Assembly (NCBI GenBank): GCA_035505375.1
Contig: DATJQV010000075.1
Coordinates: 83,393 to 147,392 of the forward strand
Source of the DNA: a bacterium
Lineage (GTDB): Bacteria; Hydrothermota; Tepidihabitantia; Tepidihabitantales; Tepidihabitantaceae
DNA length: 64,000 nt
Direction of reading: 5' to 3'
The translations under genes and the position numbers were made by a program. Below are positions 1 to 9,161 of this stretch, one piece after another; the first letter of the stretch is position 1; each line of letters starts with the position of its first letter. Under the pieces are notes generated by a model that saw only the letters and a program-made list of their open reading frames with translations, did no database searches and was not told where the DNA came from.

Positions 1-204
1 TACTTCGGGCAGCACCGCGACAACTTCACGTCGCCGGACACGCACCAGGTCGCGGGCACGATTCGCAACCGGTTGCTCAACGAGGGACGCGAGAAGCGAA
101 TGCGGGAATACCTTGCCGAGTTGAAGGCAAAGTCGAAGATAGCCGTTAACCAGGCGGCGCTTGCCGCCGTAAGCAATGATGCGAAGGGGAAACCCCAACC
201 GTAA
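1..204 (+). CDS. C-terminal fragment of a SurA-like periplasmic chaperone/PPIase paralog (5' end outside window)
   Basis: Frame-1 translation ends at TAA 202-204. The motif YFGQHRDNFT matches YFNQHKDEFT in the downstream gene, and the C-terminus resembles that of the 1114-2457 protein. Confidence 0.35.
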   Translation, partial: YFGQHRDNFTSPDTHQVAGTIRNRLLNEGREKRMREYLAELKAKSKIAVNQAALAAVSNDAKGKPQP

Positions 205-210
205 GGAGCG

Positions 211-1086
211 ATGATGACCAACCGACATCTGACCATCTCGGCCGCAGTTCTGGCGGCGGCATTCCTGGCCGGCTGCGGCAACAAGCAACAGCCGAAGAGC
301 AGCGCGCCGGCCGTCACGACCGGGCCGGTAATCGCCACCGTGAACGACGACAAACTGACGACCACCGAACTCGACTCGCTCTCACCGGAAGGGTTCCAGA
401 TTACCCGCGACAACCTGCCCAAGATACTCGACAAGTGGGTGTCGAACACGCTCATCTACCAGGAAGCGGTACGCCGCGGCATCGACAAAGAGGCGGCGGT
501 GCAGGCCCACATCGCCCGGCTCCAGCGCGACTACCTGGTCAACGAACTGCTCGACCGGTTGACGACCGGGATCAAAGTCGGCCAGGACCAGGAGATGCAG
601 TACTTCAACCAGCACAAAGACGAATTCACCTATGAAGTGAAAATCTCCCGCATCGTCTTGTCCGACAGCGAAGGGGCGGTGCAGACCCTCGCCGACCTCA
701 AATCCGGGGGCGATTTCACGAAGCTGGCCAAGGAGCGGTCGCAGGACGTGGCGCTCGAGGCCGGGCAGGAGTCGCGCTACTTCGCCCGGAGCATCGGCGA
801 CCCGCGCATGGGCGGCGACCCGTCGGTAGCCGAGGCCATCTTCGCGCTCGGGCCCGGGCAGATTTCCGGCGTGGTGCCGAGCCAGGAAGGCTATCAGATT
901 ATCAAGCTCACGGACAAGAAGAAGGTGAAGGCGAACGTCACCTTCCCCGAGGTCAAGGACCAGATCGATGCGATTCTCTCCTACCGCCGCAGCCAGACGG
1001 TGGTGGACAGCATCCTTACCTCGCTGCGGGGCAAGGCCAAGATCGAGTTGAAGCCGGACTCGTACTTCGGGCCCGCCGGAAAGTAG
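211..1086 (+). CDS. SurA/PpiC (parvulin)-type peptidyl-prolyl cis-trans isomerase lipoprotein
   Basis: AAGGAG RBS precedes ATG 211. The signal peptide carries an LAGC lipobox. A SurA-like N-domain is followed by a parvulin PPIase domain. Confidence 0.7.
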   Translation: MMTNRHLTISAAVLAAAFLAGCGNKQQPKSSAPAVTTGPVIATVNDDKLTTTELDSLSPEGFQITRDNLPKILDKWVSNTLIYQEAVRRGIDKEAAVQAHIARLQRDYLVNELLDRLTTGIKVGQDQEMQYFNQHKDEFTYEVKISRIVLSDSEGAVQTLADLKSGGDFTKLAKERSQDVALEAGQESRYFARSIGDPRMGGDPSVAEAIFALGPGQISGVVPSQEGYQIIKLTDKKKVKANVTFPEVKDQIDAILSYRRSQTVVDSILTSLRGKAKIELKPDSYFGPAGK

Positions 1087-1113
1087 CAAGTTCAAACGAC
1101 TAGGGACAAACCA

Positions 1114-2457
1114 ATGAGGAAGAGCGGAAAGGCAGACGGCGAAACCCGCACGTTTGGCTTGCCGCGCCTTGTCCTTTCCGGCCTGATTGGCCCTTTGTCC
1201 CTGGTCCTTGGTACCTTTCTGGCAACGGTGGCCGCGGCCGCGCCGGCGGACCGCGTCGTCGCCGTGGTTGGTGACCAGCCGATTCTTCTGAGCGAACTAT
1301 CCCAGGCCGCGACCTTCCTGCGGCTGTCACAGCCGGACAGCGCGCTGTCGGACTCGGCGCTGGAGGATGCGGCGTTGGGCCGCCTCATCGACGACCTCGT
1401 GCTCGAGGAACAGGCGCGGCGCGAGTCGGTCGAAGTCGCGCCCTCCGACGTGGCGGCCGACGTCGACGCGGACATGGCCGCCGTCAAGGGCCGGTTCGAG
1501 AACGACGACATGTTCAAGCAGGCCCTCGCCGGCGAAGGCTACACCGAACGGGCGCTGCGCCAGCGGTACGAGACGGACGCCCGGCGCAAGCTCCTCGCCC
1601 GCAAGCTGATGGACAAAGAGGGCCTCACCCAGATCTACGTCTCGCCGGCCGAGGCCGAGCGGTTCTACAACGAGAACCGGGACTCCATCGCCCGCGTGCC
1701 GGGGCGCGTGACGCTGGCCCATGTCCTCATCGCGTTCGCGCCGAGCCCCGCGGCGGATTCTGTCGGCCAGCGCCGGATGGTCGAAGTGCTGGACGTCCTC
1801 ACCCGGGGCGGCGACTTCGCCACCGTGGCCGCCTCATTCTCCGACGACCCGAAGACCGCGGCGCGCGGCGGTGACCGCGGCTGGGTGAATGTCGCGCAAC
1901 TGTCGCCCGGATTGTCGATGGTCCTGTCCCAGCTCAAGCCCGGGCAGACCTCGCCGCCGTTCCCCACGCCCGACGGCTACCTGGTGGTCCAGCTCGAGGC
2001 CAGGACCCCGGACAGCGTCCGCTACCGTCAGGTACTGGTCCGCGTGCCGCTGACGCCGGCCGATTCGGCCCGGGCGAAGAATCTCGCCGCGAGCATTCGA
2101 CGGAAGGCGCTGGCCGGCGTGCCGTTCGACTCGCTCGCCCGCCAGTACTCGCAGGACCCGACGACCGTCGACTCCGGCGGGCGGCTGGGCGAGTTCCTGA
2201 CTGCCGGGCTGGCTCCGCCGTTCAACCAGGTCGTCGCCGGCATGGACTCGGGAGCGGTCAGTGAACCGGTGCTGTCCGAGCACGGCTACCACGTCATCAA
2301 AGTGCTGGCCAAACAGCCCGACCGGACGCTCTCCTACCTCGAACTGCAGGACAATATCCGCAACTACCTGTATCAGAAGACGCTGAACGACCGGCTCACG
2401 AAGTACCTCGATCGCGTCCGGGGCAGCGTGTATGTCCAGCGACTCAGCACGACCTGA
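1114..2457 (+). CDS. SurA-like periplasmic chaperone with two parvulin PPIase domains
   Basis: N-terminal signal peptide/TM segment. Two parvulin-like domains (GDFATVAASFSDD...GWV and GEFLTAG...HVIKV). Same orientation and spacing as the upstream paralog. Confidence 0.7.
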   Translation: MRKSGKADGETRTFGLPRLVLSGLIGPLSLVLGTFLATVAAAAPADRVVAVVGDQPILLSELSQAATFLRLSQPDSALSDSALEDAALGRLIDDLVLEEQARRESVEVAPSDVAADVDADMAAVKGRFENDDMFKQALAGEGYTERALRQRYETDARRKLLARKLMDKEGLTQIYVSPAEAERFYNENRDSIARVPGRVTLAHVLIAFAPSPAADSVGQRRMVEVLDVLTRGGDFATVAASFSDDPKTAARGGDRGWVNVAQLSPGLSMVLSQLKPGQTSPPFPTPDGYLVVQLEARTPDSVRYRQVLVRVPLTPADSARAKNLAASIRRKALAGVPFDSLARQYSQDPTTVDSGGRLGEFLTAGLAPPFNQVVAGMDSGAVSEPVLSEHGYHVIKVLAKQPDRTLSYLELQDNIRNYLYQKTLNDRLTKYLDRVRGSVYVQRLSTT

Positions 2458-2466
2458 CGTCACTCC

Positions 2467-3837
2467 ATGAGCCACGCGAGCCAAAGACAAAGCAGTAAGG
2501 ACAAAGGATCAGGCAAGCCGGCAATGACAAAGGGCGAGAACTGGGTCTTTCTACTTCGGACTTGCTTTGTCCTTTGTACCTTGTCCTTTGGACTTTCACC
2601 GGCGGCGCAGCCGCGGCCGGCCGCGCCGGTGGACACGTTCCCGCGGGCCGACGTAGTGGCGGCGGCAAAGCAGGCGCTCGATGCCGCAAACCGCAGCTTC
2701 GGGCACTGGCTGACGATGATTATCATCGCCGTGCTGTTCGCGGCCGTGCTCGTCGCGTGGCGCATCTGGGCGCTGGGCCGGCGCCTGGCGCGAGTCGATG
2801 AACTGCGGGCGGCGTGGGATACGCGGTTTGCCGGGACGACCGACGAAGTGCTGCGGCTCAAGCGAAAACTGGCCGATGACGAAAGCAGGGCCGAGCGGCT
2901 CGAGATCGACATCGCCTCCCTGCGTCCGGACGGGCCCGACGCCGTGAAAGACCAGGTGGCGGCGGTCCAGTCCGAACTGGCGGCGCTGCGCGAGCGGCTC
3001 GACCGGGCCGAGGAAAAGCTCGATGCGTTCGCCGACCATACCGTGGTGACGCAGCAGGAACGGGCCGCGGTCGAGGAACTGGTCAGGACCGCAGGCCGGT
3101 CGCAAGACGCGGTCGAAGGATTGGTCAAGAGCGCGGGTCAGTCGCAGGCCGCGATTGAGAAGATGGTCCGTACCGCAGGCCAGTCGGAGGCCGCGGCTGA
3201 GAAGATGGCCCGGACCGCGGGCCAGTCGCAGACCGCGGTTGAAAAGATGGCCCGGGCTGCGGGCCAGGCACAAGCCGCGGCCGAGGCCGCAGCCGACCGT
3301 GCCGAGGCCATTGTAAAGCGGGCCGCGGCGAGGGACTCATTGCGCGCCGCCGACGAGAAACTCGCCAAACGGGAGTACCCGGCGGCGGTACGGGCCTACT
3401 CGCTGTGCCTCGAAGCGCTCGAAGGCAGCGGAGTCGAAGACGCGGGACTCCGGTTCCACGCATTCCACAACCGCGCGCTCGCCAACCTCCGGCAGCGTGA
3501 GTTTGATGCGGTGCTGACCGATGCCGCCACGATCGAGGCTTTCGCTTCGGCCGATGCGGGCGACGTCGACGCCGCACGGGCGCAGGGCGCGGCCAAACTC
3601 CTCGCCGGCGTCGCCCGGCTCTGGCAGGGCAAAGTGCCGCAGGCGCTGCAGGACCTTACCGCGGCGGTCGAGCGCGACGAAGGCGCGCGCGCGGCTCTGC
3701 AGCAGGACGAAGACATCGCGGCATGGATGGAGGTCAACACCAAAAAGGCCGCTCCGGTGAAACGGTTCATCCGCGCCGCGGCCAAAGGCCCCAAAGTCCC
3801 AAAGTCCAAGCCCTCCAGCCCCGACTCCGAGTCCTGA
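2467..3837 (+). CDS. membrane-anchored coiled-coil protein with tandem ~17-aa repeats (VRTAGQSQAAxEKMxRTAGQS...)
   Basis: One hydrophobic TM segment (IIIAVLFAAVLVAWRIW). Coiled-coil and Ala/Gln-rich repeats. Directly follows the SurA-like genes. No recognisable catalytic motif. Confidence 0.5.
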   Translation: MSHASQRQSSKDKGSGKPAMTKGENWVFLLRTCFVLCTLSFGLSPAAQPRPAAPVDTFPRADVVAAAKQALDAANRSFGHWLTMIIIAVLFAAVLVAWRIWALGRRLARVDELRAAWDTRFAGTTDEVLRLKRKLADDESRAERLEIDIASLRPDGPDAVKDQVAAVQSELAALRERLDRAEEKLDAFADHTVVTQQERAAVEELVRTAGRSQDAVEGLVKSAGQSQAAIEKMVRTAGQSEAAAEKMARTAGQSQTAVEKMARAAGQAQAAAEAAADRAEAIVKRAAARDSLRAADEKLAKREYPAAVRAYSLCLEALEGSGVEDAGLRFHAFHNRALANLRQREFDAVLTDAATIEAFASADAGDVDAARAQGAAKLLAGVARLWQGKVPQALQDLTAAVERDEGARAALQQDEDIAAWMEVNTKKAAPVKRFIRAAAKGPKVPKSKPSSPDSES

Positions 3838-3952
3838 CCCCCGATCTCTAGTCTCCAGTCCCTCGCCCCTCGTCCCTAATCCCCACCCCCAAGTCCTTCT
3901 TCCCCAACTTCTCGCTTCTCGCATCCAGCTTCTCGCTTCTGACTTCGTCTGC

Positions 3953-4140
3953 CTGCATTCTGGTCTCTGAATTCAGCTCTATCCGATGCCGTATCCGTGT
4001 TCATCAGTGTTCATCCGTGGTTCCCTATTCGAACTTCCCCGGCCGGGCATTCTGAATTCTGGACTCTGGACTCTGAATTCATCTCTATCCGGTGCCGTAT
4101 CCGTGTTCATCTGTGTTCATCTGTGGTTGATTCCCTCGGG
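3953..4140. repeat. MITE-like dispersed repeat, two tandem units; left inverted copy flanking the R-M island
   Basis: Units begin and end with CAGAGACCAGAATTCAGA-type inverted termini. The core ATCCGTGTTCATCNGTGTTCATCCGTGGTT recurs at 17641-17800 (inverted), 60465-60500 and elsewhere. Confidence 0.6.
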
Positions 4141-5181
4141 ACCTTGGTACTTTTGGCTGTCGGCTTTTGGCTTCTGACCTTTGACTTGCGTCCGCCTCCG
4201 CCGTCCGCACTTCTCGCCTCTAGCTTCTCTCTTCTGCTTCACCTGACTGCCGAGAACCATGAAATTCCTTCATTGACTGAGGGATTTTCATGGTGTCGGA
4301 TGTCCGTGGTCCAGCACAGAACCAACGTCCACGTCATCCCCCTGTCCCAACTGGTCGGCGCCAAGTAGTACAACTCCTCGCCGGCTGACCGTCCGCCCGC
4401 CCGATAGCCCCGCTTCTGCTAACCGCTCTCCGCCATCCTTCTCCCACCGTCCGTACTTCTAGCTTCTCGCATCTAGCTTCTGACTTCCGCTGACCGCTCG
4501 CTCGTAACCCGTTACCCGCTCTCCGCTAACCGCCACTCGGCCCCTCGAATCCTGCACTGTCAGACAGGGGTCGCTGCGGCCAATCCTGGGAGCCTCGTCC
4601 TATCAGCTAGCTACCGGTGTCAGGCAATTCGGCGGTCGTGGTTCGGCCTTTGGCGTTTCTATGGCGTCAGGAATGTCTTATCGCGTCCCCGGAATTACCC
4701 CGAAGGACGATACCCGAGGCGTTCTTCCATCTGTCGCGCCAGCCACTCGTAGGCCTGCCGATGTCTCCCTCGAACCCGCCGAGCATCTGCCCGCAATACA
4801 CCGTCCTTCTGCAGCTTGGACCATGCGCCGACCGTTTGAACCGTCCACAGCGTCACTTCTTTCGCGTGCCGCGCGTCTTCCTGACGACGCCGACAGTCAG
4901 CCATCCTCATCGCGGACATCGTAATGGCCGCGACAATGAAGTCAAGGCGGCGGGCGTGTTAAATAGGCGGATCGATCTCTAGTCGCCCTGCGACCAATCT
5001 GCAATCGACGATCTTGGACCCAGAATGAGAGGGTTCACTTAAATGAACCGCGTGGGGCGGGCAGCAGGGATTGGGACTCGGAACCGGAGTCTATGGACCA
5101 AGGACTGATTGACTTGCGCCAAGGGAGCGTGGCGTGTCAAATGGGCGGGCGGACAGGGAATCCTGCGGGCGATCGGCTGAG

Positions 5182-5706
5182 TTACTTGCCTCGCCTCTTC
5201 GTCTTTGGCTTCGCGGACGACGTGGACGCGGCAGGCTTCGTCGGTTGCTCGCACAGCCGTTCTGCCCAGAACCTCAGTGTTTCGTCATCCTGGTCTTCCC
5301 AAGGTTGCCATTGCGGCCAACAGAAGGCGATGAAGGCGTCGACAAACGCCTTCTCGGCGGCATCAGAGTCTGTCTCGATGGTGTAGTCGTCGGCCTCTGC
5401 CTTGTCGTAGTACGTGAAGTAGTATGCCTTTGTCTCGGGGCCGAGTCCCTTTGCCACAAATGCCTTGCGCAACTCGGGCTCGCAATCCTCGTCTATTTCG
5501 GAGAGCGACTTCGGTCCTACGACGCCACCGGTGCCAACGTCAGACTCGTTATCTGCAACGCCTTCCGCACTCGCGAATTGGAACGCTGCCCCGAACATGG
5601 AGACACCTCCACTCTCGTACCCGCTCTTCTCCGTGGACTTCAGGAGCTTGGTCAACTCCTCGCGCGGAATCGACTCGACCCAGCTCTTTTGATCGTTGTC
5701 TGCCAT
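5182..5706 (-). CDS. acidic hypothetical protein (Asp/Glu-rich) adjacent to hsdR
   Basis: Strong CAGGAGG RBS upstream of ATG 5706. 174 aa, highly acidic, no recognisable domain. Confidence 0.5.
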   Translation of the reverse strand: MADNDQKSWVESIPREELTKLLKSTEKSGYESGGVSMFGAAFQFASAEGVADNESDVGTGGVVGPKSLSEIDEDCEPELRKAFVAKGLGPETKAYYFTYYDKAEADDYTIETDSDAAEKAFVDAFIAFCWPQWQPWEDQDDETLRFWAERLCEQPTKPAASTSSAKPKTKRRGK

Positions 5707-5858
5707 CTAGGCCTCCTGTAGTGACCTCTCATCGATGCGGCCCTTCGGAAGAAACCGAGTCATGGGCGGATTCTAGAGAGGGCTGGCGGGCGAGTCAAAT
5801 TCGAGGCCGCGCGTCAGGAATCGCCGGTTGCGTCGCCGGGGACTTGTCCGATGCCCAG

Positions 5859-8800
5859 CTAGGCTGCGTCCTCTTTGTAGGTCAGGCCGAAAACGGTGTC
5901 GGCCAGCCACTTGCGGAAGTCGTCGTTGTCGCTGTACTGCTTGAACAGCTCGGTGTGGTCGGACAGAAGCTCAACCAGCACCCGCTTCAGGGCTTTGTCG
6001 TGCTCGATGCGGGCGTTCTGCTTATCCGAGTTCTTCATTGCATTCTGATACGCCTTATCCGCGCTGACTTTGGCCGGAATCTCCTGTGCTATGACGGCCC
6101 GAATCTTGTCGGCGTCCTTCCAGTCGATGTTGCCGAAGAGGTCGTTGAATGCCTTGAGGATGTTACTCAACTTGTCCATCTCCGGTTCAGGCTTGTGTCC
6201 GCCCTGTTCGACTGGAACCGGGCCGACTTCGCCATCTTGGTCAGGCAGTGCAATGGTCCGCGTCGACTGCATCTCCGCCCTGTAGCTGTCCATATCAACG
6301 GCATCGAGGATACCCTTGGCCAGGTCTTCTTCCTCGGGCGCCGGCAGCTTCGGTATCAGGAAGTTCAGGAATATCGACAGCTTCTCCCACGAAGCATTGG
6401 TATAGGGTAGCACGGTTGCCAGAAATGCGTAGGTGCGGACGAAGCTTTTAGCTCCGCCCTTGAAGCCAACCTGCCCGTCCTCATCCAGGTTCAGCTTGTA
6501 CACGGCGACGCAGGCATCGAGAATCGGGTCGAGCCGGTCGCGCTCAGCCCCGCCAAGGTACAGCTTCACCAAGTCTTCAACCTGGCTCCAATCATAGACC
6601 TGAGCTGCATCCAGCTTTGCCTTCAGATCGTGCAGCTTGTTGGGATCGGTTTCCTCGCTCAGAATCGTCGTCCGGTAGTAGGGCGCGAAGTCGCGCTGGA
6701 TTCCCTCGGTGGTGTTTGTGAAGTCGAGCACAAACGTGTCGTACTTGCCGGGCATCGCCCGGTTCAAACGCGAGAGGGTCTGAACCGACTTCACGCCCGA
6801 CAGAATCTTGTCCACGTACATCGTGTGCAGCAGCGGCTCGTCATAGCCGGTCTGGAACTTCTCGGCGCAGACCAGTAACCGGTACGGGTCTTCGCGGAAC
6901 CGCTCGGCAATCTGACTTCCGGGGGATCCGTTCATGGATGTCTCGCTCAACTTCGCACCCTTGAATTCGTGCTCTCCCGAGAATGCGACCAGAGCCTTGA
7001 ACGGCAGTTTCATCTCGCTGATGTAGCCGGCTATTGCCTGGTAGTACTCGATCGCCCGCACGATGCTGCCCGTGACAACCATCCCCCTTGCCTGCCCGCT
7101 TATCTTGTGCCGTGAGTATACCTGGTTCAGGAAGTGGTCGACGATGATCTCGGCCTTCTTCTCGATGGCATGCTCGTGGGTTTCGATGTAGCGCCTGAGC
7201 TTCTTTGCGGCCTTCCTCACGTCGTACTCGGGGTCGTCCGGCACGGTCTTCACCAAACGGTAGTAGTTGTTCACCGGCGTGTAGCCCTTGAGCACGTCGA
7301 GGATGAAGCCCTCCTGTATCGCCTGCTTCATTGTGTAGCTGTGGAACGGCCGGTGCTTGACCTCCTCGCCCTCGGCGTATGGCACGCCAAACATCTCAAG
7401 AGTCTTATTCTTGGGCGTGGCCGTGAAGGCGAAGTAGCTGGCATTGGAGAGCATCCGGCGCGATTCGATGATGCGGTTGATGGTATCTTCGTACGTCTCC
7501 TCTTCCGGTTCCTCGCCCTCGGGCGAGAGCGCGATGTTCATCTTGGCCGAGGTCCGACCGCCCTGGCTGGAGTGGGCTTCATCAATGATGATGGCGAACC
7601 GGCGGTTGCGATGCTCGCTGCCGATTTCCTCCAACACGAACGGAAACTTCTGCACCGTGGTGATGATTATCTTCTTGCCCGATTCGATGAACTGGCGCAA
7701 CTGCTGCGAACCTTCGGTCACAGCGCCTACGATCGCAGACACCTGCGCGAACTGCCTTATCGTGTCGCGTATCTGCTTGTCGAGCAGACGGCGGTCAGTG
7801 ACCACGATGGTGGAGTCGAAAGCCGGCTTCCCCTCCCGCTCCAGGCCGACAAGTTGGTGGGCCAGCCAGGCAATCGAGTTCGACTTGCCCGAGCCCGCCG
7901 AATGCTGAACCAAGTAGCGCTTGCCGACGCTGTCCGCCAGAGCGGCCGCCAGCAGCTTGCGCACCACATCCAACTGGTGGTATCGCGGGAAGATCTGCTT
8001 GCGCTTCTTCCGGCCAGTCCTTTCATCTTTCTCCTCGACTACCTGTGCGTAGTTCTCAATGATGTTGGTCAGGCCCTCGCGCGTCAGCGCCTCTTCCCAG
8101 AGATAGGCAGTCTTAAGCCCGTTCGGGTTGGGCGGGTTGCCGGCTCCGTCGTTCCAGCCCTTGTTGAACGGGAGGAACCACGAGGCCTCGCCCTTCAGGT
8201 GCGTACACATCATCACCTGCTGGTCGTCCACCGCGAAGTGCACCAGACACCGGCTGAACTCAAACAGCAATTCATGCGGGTTCCGGTCGCGCTGGTACTG
8301 CACGACGGCATCGTCCACGGTCTGTTTGGTCAGGCTGTTCTTCAGCTCGAATGTCGCTATCGGCAGGCCATTGATGAACAGACATAGGTCGAGCGCGCGC
8401 TGCGTCTCGTCGCGGCTGTAGCGCAACTGGCGCGTGACGCTGAAGACATTGGACTCAAACAGCCTCACTGCCTCTCTGTTGCCCAGTGACGGAGTGCCGT
8501 AGAACAGGTTCACCGAAGCAGGACCGTGCTGGATGCCCTTGCGCAAGACATCGATGACGCCGCGCCTGGCGACCTCCCCGCGCAGCCGGTCAAGGAACTT
8601 CAGCCGGTTCGGGCCATCCTCAGCCAGACCCAGCGTCTCAACCGCCTTGGGCTGGGTTGCGTTCAGGAACTCCAGCAAGCGAACAAGGTCAACCGCGTGC
8701 TCGCGGTCATAGTGCGCAGGGTCGCCCTGCACATACCCAGTCCCGCCGATGGTGCCGACCTCGGTAGCAACCAGTTCCCCGCCGGCGTTATCCATGCGCC

Positions 8801-8861
8801 GGCCAGTCATGGCCGCGACAATCAGGCTCTCGAGGCCCTTTTCGCTGGTATCGGTAGGCAT
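5859..8861 (-). CDS. hsdR: type I restriction enzyme R subunit (HsdR), 1000 aa
   Basis: SF2 helicase motifs: Walker A SAGSGKSN and DEAH box IIIDEAHSSQ. The N-terminal nuclease region and the length are typical of HsdR. Confidence 0.9.
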   Translation of the reverse strand: MPTDTSEKGLESLIVAAMTGRRMDNAGGELVATEVGTIGGTGYVQGDPAHYDREHAVDLVRLLEFLNATQPKAVETLGLAEDGPNRLKFLDRLRGEVARRGVIDVLRKGIQHGPASVNLFYGTPSLGNREAVRLFESNVFSVTRQLRYSRDETQRALDLCLFINGLPIATFELKNSLTKQTVDDAVVQYQRDRNPHELLFEFSRCLVHFAVDDQQVMMCTHLKGEASWFLPFNKGWNDGAGNPPNPNGLKTAYLWEEALTREGLTNIIENYAQVVEEKDERTGRKKRKQIFPRYHQLDVVRKLLAAALADSVGKRYLVQHSAGSGKSNSIAWLAHQLVGLEREGKPAFDSTIVVTDRRLLDKQIRDTIRQFAQVSAIVGAVTEGSQQLRQFIESGKKIIITTVQKFPFVLEEIGSEHRNRRFAIIIDEAHSSQGGRTSAKMNIALSPEGEEPEEETYEDTINRIIESRRMLSNASYFAFTATPKNKTLEMFGVPYAEGEEVKHRPFHSYTMKQAIQEGFILDVLKGYTPVNNYYRLVKTVPDDPEYDVRKAAKKLRRYIETHEHAIEKKAEIIVDHFLNQVYSRHKISGQARGMVVTGSIVRAIEYYQAIAGYISEMKLPFKALVAFSGEHEFKGAKLSETSMNGSPGSQIAERFREDPYRLLVCAEKFQTGYDEPLLHTMYVDKILSGVKSVQTLSRLNRAMPGKYDTFVLDFTNTTEGIQRDFAPYYRTTILSEETDPNKLHDLKAKLDAAQVYDWSQVEDLVKLYLGGAERDRLDPILDACVAVYKLNLDEDGQVGFKGGAKSFVRTYAFLATVLPYTNASWEKLSIFLNFLIPKLPAPEEEDLAKGILDAVDMDSYRAEMQSTRTIALPDQDGEVGPVPVEQGGHKPEPEMDKLSNILKAFNDLFGNIDWKDADKIRAVIAQEIPAKVSADKAYQNAMKNSDKQNARIEHDKALKRVLVELLSDHTELFKQYSDNDDFRKWLADTVFGLTYKEDAA

Positions 8862-9161
8862 TAGTACCTCACCATCAAGTGACCATCAAGTAGAGCTAGT
8901 TCAAACCAATGCGTTGACTCATAGACACTCATGGCCATAGACATGCTTCTACAGACTGCCGCCGTCAGGATGAGTATCAAGTTCTGCGTCTGGCTTCGAC
9001 TAGAGTCGCCATCCACTAATCCGGCCTCGCTCAGTCGGGATTGCGTTACCGAATTGCATCCGAATTGCATCCAGAGCACTCGCGCTCGTGGATTGGCTAT
9101 ATGCCGTAACATCCTAAAGCAAGATGACTTACCGAATCGCGGCTGGGCCGCCGTACATGGG

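Noticed and set aside
4617-4982. Small overlapping ORFs (74-121 aa) in the 4380-5180 spacer
   Set aside because: There are competing frames on both strands. None has an RBS or a recognisable fold signal. The region is flanked by repeat blocks and was left unannotated.
7134-8387. 417-aa plus-strand ORF inside hsdR
   Set aside because: Shadow ORF on the strand opposite a gene with clear helicase motifs. It is typical of 65% GC DNA. The same applies to 5424-6410, 14018-14848, 14966-15604, 19768-20880, 28583-29776, 47108-47923, 47951-48736, 60777-62201 and many shorter ORFs in the track.
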